A stretch of 64,000 bases of DNA from NCBI RefSeq assembly GCF_000315625.1, contig NW_005434583.1, positions 213,031 to 277,030 on the forward strand, given 5' to 3'. Shown one piece after another: positions 1-12,250 of this stretch; within the stretch, counting starts at the first letter, position 1, and every line of letters starts with the position of its first letter. The translations under genes and the position numbers were made by a program. Under the pieces are notes generated by a model that was not told the DNA's origin, did not search any database, and saw nothing but the letters and a program-made list of their open reading frames with translations. The DNA is from Guillardia theta CCMP2712. Its lineage: Eukaryota > Protista > Cryptophyta.

Positions 1-962
1 TAGGAAAGAGCTGTAACGCAATTCACCTTTCTGCGCTTGTTGGTTTCTTCAATATTTCAGCTAGCTGCTTCAATCATGCAGCAATCTACTAGATCTGCTG
101 CTATCAACATAGCTCAACTTGAGTCAAAGGATGATCTTACATGAGGAGGGGGGAAAAAGAGCAAGAGCAAGAGCAAGAGGGGTTCAAACAGCGTTTTGTT
201 ATCGAGGTTTTCGTTCTCACCTGCAGGAAAGGTTCTCCTTCGAGGTCATGGAAATGTTCACATTCATCTTGAATCATTCGACGATACCTGCAACGTGTGA
301 GGGCAGAGCGATGAAGATTGAAGATGAAAAAAGAAATATGTCAAGATTGATATGAGATAGTCAAGACAGAGAACACGCACAAGTCAAGAAAGAAAAAACA
401 TCCGAAGAAACAAGATAAACGATTCCCAGACAAGAAACAAACAACGTGATATGGATCGCAGGTGATATGTTTCTTTCAATGTTAGGTTTTGTGTTTTGCA
501 ACCACATCGCAAGTGTCAAAATCTGCTCACAGTGAACCGTCGTTGGGTCCATAGGAGAACATGAAAACTTCAATCTAAAAGAGAAGTCAGTCGGAGGTTG
601 AAGAGGGCAAAGAAATCAAGTCACCTCTTTTGTTTGCTGGTGTTGTCTGAACATTCCTTGAACAAGAAGGGCTAATGCAAGAAATTTCACAAAGGATTAA
701 CACAAAGTAATTTCCCCTGATCATTGCTCATACGCTTATTCAATTGTCATCACCAGTGATTCTATCTTATCATCTGATCTTGATATCCCAGTTTGTCATT
801 CCATATCTCCACCCTCTTATCCATGCTGTTCTTTCTCTTTCTTGGACTTCCAATCCCCTCCTGTCTTTCTCCTGCTGCTGCTGCTGCTGCTTGCTGCTGC
901 TGCTGCTGCTGCTGCTTGCTGCTGCTGCTGCTGCTGCTGCTTGCTGCTGCTGCTGCTGCTGC

Positions 963-1005
<43 letters not shown>

Positions 1006-1428
1006 ATCCTTTTCATCTTTCTTTACCTGTTGGGTGGTCATGAATATCTGCGGTCAAATATCCAACTCGCAGACGCTGCCAAAAACATTGAATCCTCCTC
1101 CTCCTCCTCCTCCTCCTCGTCATCATCAACATTGTCATCATCATCATCATCATCAGCAGCAGCATCAGCAGCAGCAGCATCAACAATAACAACAACAACA
1201 ACACCATTACAACAATAACAAATCATCATCATCATCGTCATCATAATCATCATCGTCATCATAAACAACAAGTGTACGTTCAAGATAAACATCGAGATCA
1301 AGAACACCAACAAGATGTCAAACCTTGTTCTCCCCTCGGAACAAGCTCATTGCTTTCTTGTAGCTGAACATCTGCGTCCAAGATCGCAGTCAACAAGAGG
1401 GGACCGCAGCTTCAGCCAGAAGGAGAAG

Positions 1429-1500
<72 letters not shown>

Positions 1501-3580
1501 GCATTGCCTTCCTCGGCCGTGCGCGGGGGTCCGGACGGTTTGTGCGCTGATCGATGGCAGCATGTCCCACAGAAACAGCAGCTTCCCTTGCTGAAGCAGA
1601 ATGTGAGGAGGAGAGGGCAGGGCAGGGCAGGGCAGGGCAGGGCAGGGCAGGGCAGGGCAGGGCAGGGCAGGGCAGGGCAGGGCAGGGCAGGGCAGGGAAG
1701 AAGGTACAGAAGAGGAGGAGAGAGGAGACAGGACAGGACAGGACTGGGTGGTAAGAGAGGGGACGGGACGGGAGAAGCAGAGAGAGTATCGTATGAGTTT
1801 CTTTCACCTGTCCCTCTTGCTTGACTGTCAACAACAATCCGAAGTAAAGTTGCGTTGTCGAGGTGATAGCTGGAAATATCAAGTCACTTGACGTTCAAAG
1901 GAAATAAGAATTCCTGCCCTCCTTGGCTCCTTCCCCTCCTACTTGATCTTTCTTCTCTTCCTCCCTGCCTCTGCCGCCCCCCCTTGTCCCTCATCCTGAT
2001 CTGCGCCTGTCTTTTGCTTTTCATCGACTTTCCCATCCCTCTCGATCTTTCCAAAGCTCCCTATGACTTGAAAGGCAAGGAGGAGCAGGATACAGGGGAG
2101 GGAGCAGCAGGAGCAGCAGCAGAACTAAGAACAGGAGGAGCAGAAGGAGCACGAAGAGGGAGGAAGGAGGGAGGGAGGGAGGGAGGGAGGGAGGGAGGGA
2201 GGGAGGGAGGGAGGGAGGACTCACGCAAGGAGGAGAGGGTGGATCGGACTTGCTTTCTCGTCGATGTCCTGCAAGGGTCTCAGCGAGGGAGGAGGAGGAG
2301 CTGTCAACTCACTCGGGTAGCAAAGAGACTCAGGAGGTTGGAAGGGGACGGGACTGAAAAGTCAGGCTCTCCCCACTTGCATCTGGCACATTTGTTCACA
2401 ACTACGATGATCATGATGTGATGGCAGCGGTGGTAATGGAAGAGCAGGAGCAGCAGGAGCAGCAGGAGCAGCAGCAGCAGCAGCAGCAGGAGCAGCAGCA
2501 GGAGCAGGAGCAGGAGCAGCAGGAGAACGAGCAGGAGGAGGAGGAGAAAGAGCAGGAGGAGATGTAGGAGAAGCAGGAGCAGCAGGATCTTTGTTCTTAC
2601 GTGTCTCCTCTAACAACGGCCAGTGCGTTCACGACCGCAGAACTGGACGGATCGATTTCTGCTGCTCGTTCAAAGTGACGCAACGCTGGCACCTGAAGTA
2701 TCGAAGATGAGATTGAGAGAGTCATTATCGAAACAAGATGTCAGAGAAGACGACCAAGGGCAAACCAGAAGCAAACAACATTGACATTCATCGGAAGAGA
2801 ATGAGCAGATGATATCAGAAAGATGAGTGCAATGGAGGAATTCATCAAGAAGTCGATTCGATTATCAGAGGATTCAAGTGATACAATGACGACAAGAACA
2901 AGTCATAATTACAGAAAGATGACAACAAAAACATGACACAACACAGCCATGGCATCACAAACATCACACGAGTGACAGGACAAGGACGGAAGCATGTTTA
3001 CATCTTCCATAAGGTCGCGATGCGCCACTGCAAGTTGAAAATGCGCGCTGAAGCTGTTGGGGTTCACCCGCAGAGCCCTGACAGCAGAACTTCAAAACCC
3101 CACCGTGTCAATTTCAAATCTCTCGGCCATACTTGGAATATGCCAGCTTCGCACAAGTGAAGTTTCTCAGCGCCTTGCAAGCATCGCCCTCCATCACCTT
3201 CAGCCGGGTCAAACGTCTCCAGGGAACTTCACCAGTCACCAGCATCTCCGCGCGAGGAGCCTGACGCGCGTTCGCCTCCTGTGCGTGTCTGCGCCCGCTC
3301 GTCAACTACAGACCGCTGAGCAGGTCGCGCTCACTTGAGCGCCTCCCCGTGTCTCCCTTGGTCGGAGAGGCTCTTGATCACGTTCTGACAGGCGGATCAC
3401 CACAGGAAGCCCCTCCCTCTTCATCCCTCTCCTCTCCTCTCCTCTCCTCTCGAGTTCCATCTTCCATGGGGAGATAGGGGGGTTTTTGACGAGCTGCTTG
3501 TCCTCTTGGCTTGACGGAAATGCTGCCTCCATTGTGATCCTCTCCAGGTCTGGAAACTCCATCCACTCTCCCTCGGTCTC
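1..3580 (-). CDS. TPR-containing GT41 glycosyltransferase (O-GlcNAc transferase/SPINDLY-like), multi-exon; 3' end lies beyond the window start, 5' exons may extend to ~5000
   Basis: Spliced exons give TPRs (GRHGEALKHAQEANARQAPRAEML; AYSKALRVNPNSFSAHFQLAVAHRDLMEDVPALRHFERAAEIDPSS), then SPIHPLLLAYHL, RLRVGYLTADIHDHPT (~1030-1075), IEVFMFSYGPNDGSLYRRMIQDECEHFHDL. This is colinear with OGT RLRVGYVSSDFGNHPT...EVFCYALSPDDGTNFR...ANHFIDL. Confidence 0.8.
872..1005. repeat. (CTG)n triplet tract with single-T interruptions, intronic
   Basis: Directly visible; lies between GT41 exons. Confidence 0.95.
1428..1499. repeat. (GAGCAG)n microsatellite, intronic
   Basis: Directly visible. Confidence 0.95.
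1614..1697. repeat. (GGGCA)n microsatellite, intronic
   Basis: Directly visible. Confidence 0.95.
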
Positions 3581-3635
3581 CTCCTGTCGCTGTGCTGTGC
3601 CGGTGGTGACCCGTTGACCAGCCGCTCTCATGGTC

Positions 3636-3735
3636 NNNNNNNNNNNNNNNNNNNNNNNNNNNNNNNNNNNNNNNNNNNNNNNNNNNNNNNNNNNNNNNNN
3701 NNNNNNNNNNNNNNNNNNNNNNNNNNNNNNNNNNN
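3636..3735. other. Assembly gap (100 N)
   Basis: N run. Confidence 1.
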
Positions 3736-4340
3736 TTGTCGTCCTCGCTCTCTTGGGTCAAGACATGATGGTTAAGTGAGAGGAGAAGGAGGAGGAGGAG
3801 GAGCAGCCATCGGCCTTGTCCAGCTCGATGTTCTTGTTCTCGCTGGTTTCCAGGCATCCTGCCTTTCCTCTCACTTTGTTCTCTCCCTCCTCTCTCGCTC
3901 TTCCTCTCCTCCTCTCCTCCTCTCCTCCTCCCTCCCTCCACCCTCCCTCCCCTCCTCCCCAGTCCAGGTCGGCGTGCAGCGTGTCCATGCTAGTAGGGAT
4001 GCCCCGACATTTGTTCCTCCAGCAGAACAAACTCCACCCACCTTTGTACTGTACACGGAACCACACAATGTCAGTGGTGTACAGCATCGGTCGGCGGCTG
4101 TATGTTGGCTTGCTGGACGAGGCGAACAGCTGCTCGCTCATGGCGTCTCGCGGAGCCTCCTTCTCGCTCCAGTCTCGACTCAGACCTCTTCCTCCTGGCC
4201 AAGTGCCCGAGCCGTCGGAGGTGCTTCTGCGAGTGAGAGAGCAGGGGTGAGGTTGAGCAGGTGCTGGAGGCAGTCAAGCAGGAGTTCGATCAGGAAGGGA
4301 AGTACGAAAGCATCGTCTTTGCGGTATGAGATGGCAGAAT

Positions 4341-4503
<163 letters not shown>

Positions 4504-5262
4504 ATCTCCTGCATCTCCTTCCGTGCCTCCTTGTCTTCCTCCTTTCCCCTCGACTCATGGTTCACAGGGGATAGGCGAGCCGACGCTGAGGCTCTCTGCC
4601 CTGCTGGAGTGCTCTAAGGTATGGGGACCGGGAGGCATCGTGGAGGAGGAGGAGGCTTAGCGGGGGAGCAGATGCTGAAGAGAGTGGAGGACAGCAACAT
4701 CAAGAGCGTCAAGCTGCGGCTCAACACTAACGGTTGGGCCTCTGCCTTTGTTGGCTGTTGACCTGACGCTAGTCAAGGGCTGGGGAATGTGGTGCATGCT
4801 CGGAACATAGTCCCGGATCTCCGAGAGGCGGGGATACAGGCCGTCTCTGTCGCTCTCAACACCATGGACGCTGACCAGTGACTTGTGCCTGTCCTCTCCT
4901 CTCAGCTGACGCTGGGGAAGGTACATGAGCCTGATGAAGCCGACGGTGAGGGGGACGAGGTGGCAGGGGGAAGGGGAGGTGACATGCGAGGAAAGACGGC
5001 AGGAGCAACGCACGAGCGAGCGTGTGAGTTCATTCGAGCTTGCGTGAAGGAGGAGATGGAGACAGAAGTCACAGCGGTGGCAAGGGAGGACGTGAACCTG
5101 CAGGCAGTGCAGGTGATGAGGAGAGGAGAGGAGGAGGAAAGGTGAGGAGAGCAGGGGAGAAGGGGGCTGAAGGGAGCATGCAGGAGTTTGCCGAGGGAGT
5201 GGGAGCCTCGTTCCGATCTCGTTCGTATCATCCGGCAGAAGTGAAGTCAAACATATGACGAC

Positions 5263-8200
5263 TCAGTGAGCAGACCCCCAGCTCTTCCCGAACCCGATGT
5301 CCACCACCAGCGGCACCGAAAGTTCGTGGGCGGGCGAGCATGCGCCCTCCATGACGCGCTTGACGACCTGAGAGTTGCAGGTCAGGGAGCCTGCTCGCTG
5401 CCTTTCTCCTCCTCCTCACCTTCCCTGCTCGCTCCTCGTCCCCCTCTCGCACTTCGAACACCAGCTCGTCGTGTACCTGCCATGGGTTGTCAGCTGGGGA
5501 GATTGGGAGGTGCCCACGAGAGACCTGCAGGAGCATTCGCGCCTGCACGCCTTCCTCTTCGAGCTCCTTCTCTATCCGCAGCATCGCGCGCTTGATGATG
5601 TCTGCGGCAGTTCCCTGCTTGTCCATCACCCCTCACACTAGCATCAGCAACATGAGTTGCCTGGATCGGCGCGTTGATGGCCTGACGACCAGCATAGTTC
5701 CCAGCAGAGCCCCTGGTGTTGATGTTGGCGATGTGGCACCGCCTCCCGAAGAGAGTCTCCACGTATCCCTAGACTTCTGCGTCAGCAGGAGGAGCGAGAG
5801 GAGGTCAGAGCAGTGCCTTGGCCTTGGCGACTTCCTTCATCGAGCTCATGTAGTTCGCGATCCCCGGGTACTGCAGAGCATGTCAACGAGGGAAGCTCCA
5901 GTCCAGCTGGACTAGAGCTGGGTACCTGCTTGAAGTACGAATCGATGTAGGTCTTGGCATCCTTCACGCTGATGTCCAACTTGCGGTGCATCAGCCGAAG
6001 TCGAGGGGAAAGGGGGAGGGGGAGGAGAGCAGACGTTACCTGCTTGCTGAGACCGAACGCGCTCTGACCGTAGATGATGCCGAAGTTGATCGCCTTGGCT
6101 CGCCGCCGGAGCTCGTCAGTGATGGACTTTTGTGGAATCCCGAAGACCTGAGGACGTAGATGTGAGGAAAGACATGGCGAGGGAATGGGAGAGCTGGGGA
6201 GGGAGAGGGGGGTGGAAGGAGCAGGTAGAAGAGCAAGGGAAAGCAGGAGAGGAGAGGAGGAAAAGAGAGGAGCAAGGGAGAGGAGCAAAGGAGAGGAGGA
6301 GAGGGGAGGAAAAAGGGAGAGGGGGAGTGAGGAGGAGGAAGGGAGAGGAGGAAGGGAGAGGAGGAAGGGAGAGAGAGGAGGGAAGGGGAGGTTGAGGGGA
6401 GGAGGAAGGGGAGGAGTTTTGGTTCCCTTATAGGGGTCAACAGGGAGCTGGTACCTGTGAGGCCGTGAGACGATGGACGTCGATGTTGTTGTGAAACGCT
6501 TCCCGCAAAGTGTCAACTTCCGCCATGTGGGCAAGCAGCCGAAGCTCTGTCGAGGCACTTCAGAGATCCCCCGTTGCCTCCTCTCCTGCATCCTCCTCCG
6601 CCTCTTCCCCATCACCTCCTCTTCCCCATCACCTCCTCTTCCCCATCACCTCCTCTAACCTCCGTCTCCTCTGTCTCATCCTCCCCCAACCTCACCGATC
6701 TGCGAGTAGTCCGCCGAGAGTAGCGTCCATCCTGGCGCTGCCACGAACGCCTCTCTCAATGTTTTCCCCTCCCCGGTGTTGGGAATGTTCTGCAGGTTTG
6801 GGTCCACCGACGACAACCTTCCCGTTGCTGTCGCAGCCATGCAGAAGGAGGTGTGGACGCGGCCGGAGTGAGGGTGGATGGATCGCATCAGGCCGTCTGT
6901 ATAGGTCGACTTGAGCTTCGTGAGGTACCTCCACCTGCATCCTCCCCGTCAGCTCGCAAATGTTGCCAGCGCTGCTCGCACTCGTTCACGAAGGTCGCGA
7001 TCTCGTGACCGCGCTTTGCCAACTCCTCCAACACCTCGCTGCTCGTGCTGAAGTCTCCAGACTTGCCTTTTTTCTCGGGCCTCGGCAGCTTCAGCTCTTG
7101 GAAGAACACCTTCACCCTCCATCAGCATCCTCAACAGGCAACGGAGGAGGCCTGACCTGCGCCAGCTGCTTCGGGGAGGCGATCAGAAACTTCCTCTTGG
7201 CCAGGCGGTAGATGCGGTCCTCCAAGGACGAGACTCTTCTTGCGTACCTGGAGGAGCATCAGCTGCCCTCCACCACGACGAGGCTACCGCACTCTTGCGA
7301 GAGATTTTCCAGCCGCTGCCTGTCCACGAGTACTCCACATGCTTCCATCCTCGCCAGCACCGGCACCAGCGGACGTTCCATGAGCTCGTAGGGGGAAGAC
7401 ACTCTTTCCCTTGCTAGGCGAGGCTGCCGATGACGTCAGCAGAGAGGCTGTCAGCTGGATGGCTGCTGGACCTGCAGCACGCCATGGAGCCGAAAGACAG
7501 CATCGGCGATAGCTCCAGCATGCTTCACGGCGAGAGCAGGGGCAGTGGACTCAAGCTTGATCTTCGTCCTCTTCGTCACTCCAGCCGCCTGCAGGAATCA
7601 GACGCTCGTTTTAGAGACCGTACAAGAAGCGGATGGAGAGAAAAGATGAAAGGGAGAAGGAGAGAGACAAATAGCGAAGAGGGGGAGGAAGGGCAAAGAG
7701 AAAGTAGAGCAAACCTGTAAGATTTGACGCAGCTCAGGGATGCGAGCACGGAGATGCTTGTCTGCACAAAAAAGTCAAACTCATTTGCTGCTCTGAGAGG
7801 AGACGGAGGTACTGGCAAGTTCGTCGAGCTCGTGATTCAGCTTGCCCGAGTCAAGACAGAAGGACAGCAGGTTGACGTCATCGAACGGTGAGAACTGCAT
7901 GTTCCGCTTCTCCTTCTGTTACAGCTACCATCAGCTCCACCAGTCCCGCAGGCGAATCTGATCCCGCAAATTGATCCTACCTGCAGGACGGAGACGATTG
8001 ATTTCGCGTTCGAGGTTATCTTGAGGATAGACGGGTCGCTGAACATAGAGCTCAACTTCTGCAAGACATCTGACCGCAAACTGTAAGATTCGATTATGCA
8101 ACATGTCGAGAAGCACGCGAGAAGCAAAGATTAGAGAGCAGAGCAGAGCGAAGCAGAGCAGAGCAGAGCGAAGCAGAGCAGAGCAGAGCAGGAAACGGGA

Positions 8201-11200
8201 GGTGTAAGAACAAGAGGCGGAGATGGGTAGTCAAAGTAATTCCGAGGTCAAGCAGCTGTTACCTTCCAACTCGAGGCACTGAAAGGCATCTTGGAAATCT
8301 TGCGTGTCATCATGGCCTATCGGAATGTACGCCGCTTGCCCTTTCTGCACGGCCATGGCAATGCCTGTGACATTCGCAACCTGCGAGTTGGGGGAGGAGA
8401 GGAGGAATTCGACCGCAATCCTTCCAGTCCTGATGTTCAACTCAGTCCCAGAGTGGAGAAGGGTCCCCGCATCCACCTCTTAGCCTCTTCGATCCAGAGA
8501 TCGAACTGTTCTATCTCCGTCAAGAGTTCGTACGAGCCTGTGAGGTCTTGCACGTCTGCATCCGGCTCTTCTGCAGATTCTGAACGAGCAAGTCAGCCCA
8601 CACGACGGGGAGCCCGCCTCGCAACCTTCGACGCTCAACTCCGAAGTCTCTGACACCTCCGAGGTCTCGACTGAGACCTCTCGCGTCTTCTTCGCATTCT
8701 TGTTCATAAGAGATGCAAACCCTTGCGATTTCAAAAACTCTTCGATCCGTGAAACTTCTGCATTCTGCTTCTTCAACAGATCTTGGAAATCTTCGATCGG
8801 CACATCCTTTCGTAGTGAGACCAGCTCACGTCCCACTCGAGCAGCCTGTCGTCTTTTGAGCCCCAACGACTTCAATTCACGTGTGCATACCTCAGCATTT
8901 GATAGGATCGCTTCCTTTCGCTTCTCCTGCTTGATCTCTGATGCTATGAAAACTTTGAGACGTTGTATGACGTGGAAGGTATATGCAGACCTCGCTCAAG
9001 GATGGCATCTAAGCTGCCAAACTCGTTCACAAGTTTTGCAGCCGTCTTAATTCCAATCCCTGGAATGCCGGGAATGTTGTCCGTGGCGTCGCCTGCTAGC
9101 GACTGGACGTCGACGACTTTGTCGGGAGGAACTCCAAATTTCTGTATCACTCCTTCTCGGTCGATTCGAATCTTCTTGAAAGGATCCCAGATACCCACCT
9201 TATCCGTGACCTGCCAAGACGAGGGGTCAACTCATTCGATTGGTTCTTTCAGGTCATCGAACCAGTTGATAGAGGTCCTTGTCGCTTGAGACAACCGTCA
9301 CATCATGGCTGAGATCTGCAAGACGCGCTGCAAGCGTGGCGATGATGTCATCAGCCTCGAACCCTTCAACTTCAACGACAGGTATATCAAATGAAATAGC
9401 CGCTTCCTGACAGACAAAATTCGGGCTTAACATATGTCCCGACAGGCTAAGGAAAAGGCACCTTCACAATATCAAATTGGGATTTGAGCTCCTGAGCATC
9501 AAGGTCAGTACCATGAGCAACTCTTGCATGCACATCAGCATCATTTAGAGAGAATACAAACAATCGAATCATCAGGCCCCTGCTCTTAGCCTCCTTCCAA
9601 CCCTAAAGGATCCTTACCTGTGGGACCTCCGGCCTGTTCCCCTTGTAAGAAGGCCAGATGGTAGAGCGAAATGAGGCTTCGGGATGGTCAAAGACGGCGA
9701 TGATCTGAGCATTTGGAAACATCTTCATAGTAACATGCTGGATTCACAATCAAGGAGGATCAGGAGACCGGAAGAAAGACCTGAAGCATCCGACAGAAGC
9801 CAAAGACGGCGTTGGTCGGTTGACCGTCTGAACGAGAGAGGGCAGTGACACCGTAGAAGGAACGGAAGATGATTCCAGAAGAGTCAAGAAGAACAAAATG
9901 CTTCCCTGACTCCCCCGTCTGCGTTTTCTAGAGACAGCCATCGGGTGAATAAAATACCAGGACCGGAATAGATCACCTTGGAGGATTTGGAAGATTGAGG
10001 TTTCGGGAGCTGGTTTTCATCGTCCGGCATCAGCGCCTTCGTGGAAAAGTTTCTTGCAGGCATCCTGCGGCTGGTAAAGACAGACCAAATCAGCGACCCT
10101 CGAACAACATGAATGATATAAGTAAGACTTACTCGAATACATTCTGCCTGGCCGCGAAGAGCCACTGTACTGCTCTTCCTAGAGTCTTTGCGGAGAGCGG
10201 TAAGCAAACCCTATTGCTCAGAGAATCAAAGTCAAGACCTTTGCTCTGATAAGTCTTTCCGACAACTCATCCCCTGAATATGCTTCTCAGCGAGTTTGTT
10301 GACAAATTCTTAAGTATTACCCAAATTGTTTGATAACAGAGAAGTCGCAACCAATGCATCCCTTGAGTCCTGGTATGCTTTGTCAACCACAAAAGCTCCA
10401 GGGATCATCAAATTCTCATAATCCATCATCTTACTAGTTTTCGAGTTGACCATAATGCTGGTCCCACAGATACCAAATAGATACGGTCATCGTCGGCAGC
10501 CGTTCCATCTGCTGTGTACACGACCTCTGAAAATCCATTCGTGGACACAACGTAGTGAACGACTGTAGGCATGAGAGTCACAAGCAGCAGAACATCTGCA
10601 ATAAGGCATTACCTGTCCTCGCCAAAACCTGCGAAGCTTTCTGAATGTCAGAAATCAAGCTCTCTCCCTGTGCAGCATCCTGCGCACCAGCCGTATCAGT
10701 AACGAAAGGACGATGCAGCCACCATCTCGACAGCTCACCACGTTTAAATCTGTATTTGCTTGATCGATCATTTGTCGAATCTTTGCAGCTGATGCAGCTA
10801 TGTCACTTGACAAGTAGCTCTGCTTGCTCCTGGAAAGCTGCATGGCGAATGCAAGGCAAAGGGCGTATCTCGAATCAGCATGCAGCCATTCGAGCTGAAG
10901 CTCAATGCTTGCAAGATGCCTTTCTAGCATAGACAATGAACTAGATAAACCAGTACAAGTGTCATGAAAAGTGAAGTAAACATTCATTGCCGCTCGAACC
11001 TGTCCAACCTTTGTCGCGGGGTCAAGGAGACATTTGCTGCCCATACGGATCGGGCATTGCTTTCGACAGAGATCCCTTTCGCCATTCCTCTTGCTGTATG
11101 TCCAGCATGCATTGGGCTGAGGTAAGGTAATGGAAGGCTCCTCTGCCTCTTTCTATCGTGCAGGAATGCTCGAGATCCCGTTCGGCCCCATGACTGCTTC

Positions 11201-11334
11201 CTAGCTGAAACCCTCCAACCATAGAGGGGCTGAAAGGATGACAGGAAGGCTGTAGAGGAAGAAGAAGCAGGAGAGAGGAGAAGAGAACTCCTGGGTAGGA
11301 GGAGAGCCATCACGAGCGGTAGCCCTCCCTTCAT
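5263..11334 (-). CDS. polA: Family A DNA polymerase, bacterial PolI architecture (5' nuclease + degenerate 3'-5' exonuclease + polymerase), with bipartite plastid-type targeting peptide; more than 25 exons
   Basis: 5' nuclease motifs [71 protein letters not shown]. Polymerase motifs [31 protein letters not shown] (A), [14 protein letters not shown] (B), [25 protein letters not shown] (C); ends GKSWGSAH* at 5263. The frame splices continuously upstream to [13 protein letters not shown]...STAF at 11334. Confidence 0.93.
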
Positions 11335-11419
11335 CCCTTGCAACCTCCTGCCATGTTCGCTCTAGATAGATTCCAAAACCATCAGGCAATTGGGACTGAG
11401 ATGGGATGGGGATCATGGT

Positions 11420-11550
11420 GGATTCTCCCCGGCCCCGCCGGCGGCGGTGGGCCGGCCCGGACTGAGAGTCCGATTTAGGCTCAGGGCCCGCCTCGGCCCG
11501 CCGAGCCGGGAATCATCGAGTCGGACTCCGGGATCCAATGCGATCCCAGT
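11420..11550. promoter_or_regulatory. GC-rich CCGG/GGCC/GAGTC island upstream of polA
   Basis: Dense CCGG, GGCCC and GAGTC/GACTC words ~90-200 bp 5' of the ATG. Regulatory role is inferred from position only. Confidence 0.4.
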
Positions 11551-11599
11551 GCCACACTAGTACTGTACTAGTAGTGAGTGAAAAAAAAGAAATATAATA

Positions 11600-12250
11600 G
11601 TTATTGCAGGTACTAGCTCGGCCGGCCATTCAATAATGATTGGGGGGGTGGCATTGATAGGGGTAAATAGGTGGGTGATGGTAGTGTCACTAATAAAATC
11701 GTGGGGGTTGAAAAATGATAGTTGATGACAGAACCCACCCTCAAAGTGACTATCTCTTCCCTCCACCCCACCCACTGTTGTTGAGGAAAATTCATTGACA
11801 CCTACCCTACCCTACAAGCTTGTTTTAGACAGTTAAAACGTTTTGCACCCCCTAACCCCGCAGTGAGGGGTCTGGATAGGCCCATCTCCATCCTTGTGGA
11901 CGGGTACCCACACCTGCTTCGAGTGATCTTGAACGTATGCCCCCCCAGGCTCCGTCCCATGCGCGGCTTATCTTTAACAAGTACCCCACCATGTACACTA
12001 ATGTTCAAAGTTTAACCCTTGCATCGGGACCACCCAACCCACCCACCCGGGCCTTGCTTCTTTCGAATACCCCTCATTTGTGGCAGTCAGTTTCACTGTA
12101 CCCCCGTTTTCACATGCTATCACCCCGTCATGATTACATTTTGTGCGCATCTTTTTGCACCCCTACCCCCTCTTCTTCTTTTTTTTTTTTTAACTCGTCC
12201 CTGGTCTTCCCCGGGGGGCGCATTATACCTTTTAACCACCCCCGCTTTTC
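11600..12250. promoter_or_regulatory. Intergenic GGGGT/ACCCC-rich block in divergent polA/PKD2-like interval
   Basis: Repeated CCCTACCC, CCCACCC and GGGGT words; non-coding; the same style recurs at six other intergenic sites. Confidence 0.35.

Noticed and set aside
744-1313. Poly-Q/A/L/C/D ORFs on both strands
   Set aside because: These are translations of intronic CTG/CAT repeats; the real exon is the short RLRVGYLTADIHDHPT piece.
11600-12250. Interstitial telomere or transposon remnant
   Set aside because: No tandem TTTAGGG/TTAGGG, terminal repeats, target-site duplications or transposase fragments were seen.
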